A DNA stretch of 64,000 nt, from positions 243,615-307,614 of the forward strand of contig CAXXWC010000013.1 of the NCBI GenBank assembly GCA_963668645.2, given 5' to 3'. This document shows, in pieces, positions 61,500 to 64,000 of the stretch; positions within the stretch are counted from its first letter, which is position 1; each line of letters begins with the position of its first letter. The notes under the pieces were generated by a model. It was not told the DNA's origin, made no database searches, and saw only the letters and a program-made list of their open reading frames with translations. The translations under genes were made by a program, and so were the position numbers. The DNA comes from Desulfobacterales bacterium. GTDB taxonomy: Bacteria; Desulfobacterota; Desulfobacteria; Desulfobacterales; UBA2174.

Positions 61500-61506
61500 G
61501 GTTGTC

Positions 61507-62250
61507 ATGAAAGATCTGTATCAGCGGGCCGCGCGGGATATCGCCGCGGCCCGACGCATTGTGGCCCTGACCGGCGCGGGTATCTCCGTTGAAAGCGGAA
61601 TCCCGCCGTTTCGCGGCCCGGGCGGTCTTTGGGAAAAGATCGATCCCATGAAGTATGCCCACATCGATACCTTCCTGGAGGATCCGGCCGAGGTGTGGCG
61701 CGTATTCATCGCCGAGATGAAGACCACCCTGGAAAGTGCCCGGTCCAACGCGGCCCACAAGGGGCTGGCCCGGCTGGAAGCCATGGGCAAGCTGCATACC
61801 ATCATCACCCAGAACGTTGACGGCCTTCACCAGCAGGCCGGAAGCCGGGACGTGATCGAGTTTCACGGCACTTTTGCCTGGCTCAGATGCATGGACTGCG
61901 GGGCCCGGGTGGAAACCGTGCAAGTTCATCAGCCACAGATTCCGCCCTTGTGTGCCTGCGGCGGCGTCTACCGCCCCGAGTGCGTCTTTTTCGGTGAAAT
62001 GATCCCCCCCGAGTTTCTGGCCCGCTCCCAGGAGGTTTCTTCGCGCTGCGATCTGATGCTGGTGGTGGGCACCTCGGCCACGGTACAGCCGGCCGCCTTT
62101 ATGCCGATCATCGCCAAACAGGCCGGTGCCCGGGTGGTCGAGATCAACTATGAGCCGACCCCCCTTACCGGCCGGGTGGCCGATTACACCCTGCTGGGAA
62201 AGGCGGGCGAGACGATGAAAAAGATCCTGGCCGCCCTGGAAAGCCGATGA
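61507..62250 (+). CDS. cobB: NAD-dependent protein deacylase (sirtuin)
   Basis: TGAGISVESGIPPFRG, TQNVDGLH, HG, two CxxC/CxC sites and GTS. Confidence 0.92.
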   Translation: MKDLYQRAARDIAAARRIVALTGAGISVESGIPPFRGPGGLWEKIDPMKYAHIDTFLEDPAEVWRVFIAEMKTTLESARSNAAHKGLARLEAMGKLHTIITQNVDGLHQQAGSRDVIEFHGTFAWLRCMDCGARVETVQVHQPQIPPLCACGGVYRPECVFFGEMIPPEFLARSQEVSSRCDLMLVVGTSATVQPAAFMPIIAKQAGARVVEINYEPTPLTGRVADYTLLGKAGETMKKILAALESR

Positions 62251-62320
62251 GCGGGAAAATGGAACCGGTTTCGCCAAGGACGGGGACTCCGGTCTTGCGC
62301 CGGCGTTTTAGTGGGAGGGT

Positions 62321-63901
62321 GTGACGCCACCGATGCGTGATGGCAACATGATGATCGACCGCTGGGTGACGACCGTCGCCTTGTCAGTCCCTTCGCTGCA
62401 AAACAACACCGCCGACGCCGACCGGCTCCTGGAGGCCTTGAGCCAGCGACTGGGGGGGCGTCCGGTACATGCGGACCTGGACGTGATTTCCCGGATTCCG
62501 GGACTCCTGCGCCAAAACGGGTTCCGGCTTCGAACCGTTCTTTTCGAGGACCGCGGCCGCTGGGTTCTGGTCGCGGCCGAGGCGCCCCGGACCCCGGCGC
62601 CCCTTGCCGGGGTGGCGGTGGATCTGGGCACTACCCGGGTAACCCTGCGCCTGATCGAGCTGGAGACCGGCGGGGCCCTGGACGAGGAGACCTTCGACAA
62701 TCCGCAGGCCGCCATCGGTGCGGATATCCTTACGCGCATCCACTACGCGGCCCGGCCCGGCGGTCTCGAAGCGCTCCAAAAGCTGATCCTTGACGGACTC
62801 AATGCCGCCATCGACCGGCTTTGCGACCGTTGCGGCCTTGACCGGCTGCGCATCCACCTGGTCAGCCTGGCGGGCAACACGGCCATGACCCATCTGGTTT
62901 TGGGACTCGATCCATACTGGATGATTCGCGAGCCGTACATCCCGGTGGTCAATCGGCCGCCGGTGCTGCGGGCCGCCATCCTGGGGCTGGATGTGCATCC
63001 GGCGGCCCGTATGCTGGTGTTTCCCAATGTGGGCAGCTACTTCGGCGGCGATCTGATTGCCGGGATCCTTTTCAGCGGCCTTCACCGGCGCGCCGAGACG
63101 GCGATGCTGGTCGACGTGGGCACCAACGCCGAGGTCGTGCTGGGCAACCGGGACTGGCTCATGGCCTGTGCCGGGGCTGCCGGACCGGCCCTGGAAGGGG
63201 GCGTGACCCGGTTCGGGATGGCCGCCGCCCAAGGCGTGATCGATCGCGTGACCCTGGATGCCCGGACAGGCGATTTTACCTGGCATACCATCGGCGACGC
63301 TGCGCCCCGGGGGATCTGCGGTTCCGGGCTCATCGATCTGGCCGCCGTGCTCTTCAAGGCCGGTATGATCGACATCCGCGGCCGCTTCGTGCCCGGCCGT
63401 TGCGGCCGGCTTCTGCGGGACGTTGACGGCGTTGCCCACCTGGTGGTGGTCCAGGCGCGCGATGCGGCCCGGGGTCTGGATTTGATGATCAGCCAGGCCG
63501 ATCTGGACAGCCTGATCCGCTCCAAGGCGGCCATGTACACCATCTTGGAGACCATTACCGGGACCATGGGGCTGGCCCTGGCCGAATTGCCAGCCCTTTA
63601 CGTGGCCGGCACCTTCGGGGTCTTCATCGATCCGGTCTCGGCGGTGACCATCGGCATGCTCCCGGACCTGCCGGCCGAACGCTTCAAACCGCTGGGCAAC
63701 AGCTCCCTGGAGGGCGCGGCACGGGTATTGACCCATCCCGGCGCTTTGGCCGAGATCGACCGGATTCGCGACGGGATTACCTATCTTGAGTTGAACGTCA
63801 ACCAGGATTTCATGAATCGGTTTTCCGCGGCCCGTTTTTTGCCCCATACCAACCGTGATCTTTTCCCGTCGGTGGCCGTGCCGGCGGGGGCCAGCGCCTG
63901 A
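62321..63901 (+). CDS. ASKHA-domain reductive activator of corrinoid proteins (RACo/DUF4445-like)
   Basis: DLGTT, NPQ..GADILTRI, GNTAM, DVGTNAE, AGPALEG, GICGSG and GNSSLEGA motifs. Start uncertain. Confidence 0.88.
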   Translation: MTPPMRDGNMMIDRWVTTVALSVPSLQNNTADADRLLEALSQRLGGRPVHADLDVISRIPGLLRQNGFRLRTVLFEDRGRWVLVAAEAPRTPAPLAGVAVDLGTTRVTLRLIELETGGALDEETFDNPQAAIGADILTRIHYAARPGGLEALQKLILDGLNAAIDRLCDRCGLDRLRIHLVSLAGNTAMTHLVLGLDPYWMIREPYIPVVNRPPVLRAAILGLDVHPAARMLVFPNVGSYFGGDLIAGILFSGLHRRAETAMLVDVGTNAEVVLGNRDWLMACAGAAGPALEGGVTRFGMAAAQGVIDRVTLDARTGDFTWHTIGDAAPRGICGSGLIDLAAVLFKAGMIDIRGRFVPGRCGRLLRDVDGVAHLVVVQARDAARGLDLMISQADLDSLIRSKAAMYTILETITGTMGLALAELPALYVAGTFGVFIDPVSAVTIGMLPDLPAERFKPLGNSSLEGAARVLTHPGALAEIDRIRDGITYLELNVNQDFMNRFSAARFLPHTNRDLFPSVAVPAGASA

Positions 63902-63902
63902 C

Positions 63903-64000
63903 TCAGCGTTCAGGGGGGTGGCCGGATTCTTGTTCCGAAATCCGGAAGAGGCGGCAGGTGTTGTCCCAGACGGCGGCGGCCAGGGCTCCGGGATCCTCGT
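63903..64000 (-). CDS. C-terminal fragment of a convergent gene, possibly a TatD family hydrolase
   Basis: Manual translation EDPGALAAAVWDNTCRLFRISEQESGHPPER*; LA....N..RLF resembles TatD C-termini. Confidence 0.45.
   Translation of the reverse strand, partial: EDPGALAAAVWDNTCRLFRISEQESGHPPER

Overview
GC-rich chromosomal window from a sulfate-reducing Desulfobacterota bacterium (Desulfobacterales-like; inferred from gene content). Most of it is intact housekeeping and energy metabolism: a PAS-PAS-GAF-PAS sensor kinase unit with a universal stress protein and an antiporter, panC-metK, nadK, a livKHMGF-type ABC transporter, a dGTPase, three YkgJ-type Cys-cluster proteins, the sulfate-reduction core (aprBA, qmoABC, convergent sat), two tRNA-Ser genes, a Tat-exported [NiFe] hydrogenase, an aldehyde:ferredoxin oxidoreductase, a hydrogenase protease with hypCFDE, apbE, an MMPL-cNMP-degenerate GGDEF fusion, rimO, a polyprenyl synthase, an ABC1 kinase, an acyl-CoA dehydrogenase, and a cooC-deacetylase-acuB-prmA-like-MBL-sirtuin-RACo cluster. 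The most unusual part is a ~4 kb accessory block (about 35.75-39.6 kb) between the hydrogenase/AOR genes and the hydrogenase maturation genes. It looks like a decaying, uncharacterised system: two DUF2589-like genes (one frameshifted, one deleted after 9 codons), a secreted protein, a glycosyltransferase with polypeptide GalNAc-transferase-like motifs broken in a G7 run, and a GH24 lysozyme fused in frame to an LprI-like C-terminus. Smaller signals include a probable ATC start codon for panC and a long hairpin between the aprA terminator and qmoA. All family calls come from motif recognition by eye; no database searches were run. No CRISPR array, rRNA, transposase or integrase was seen.
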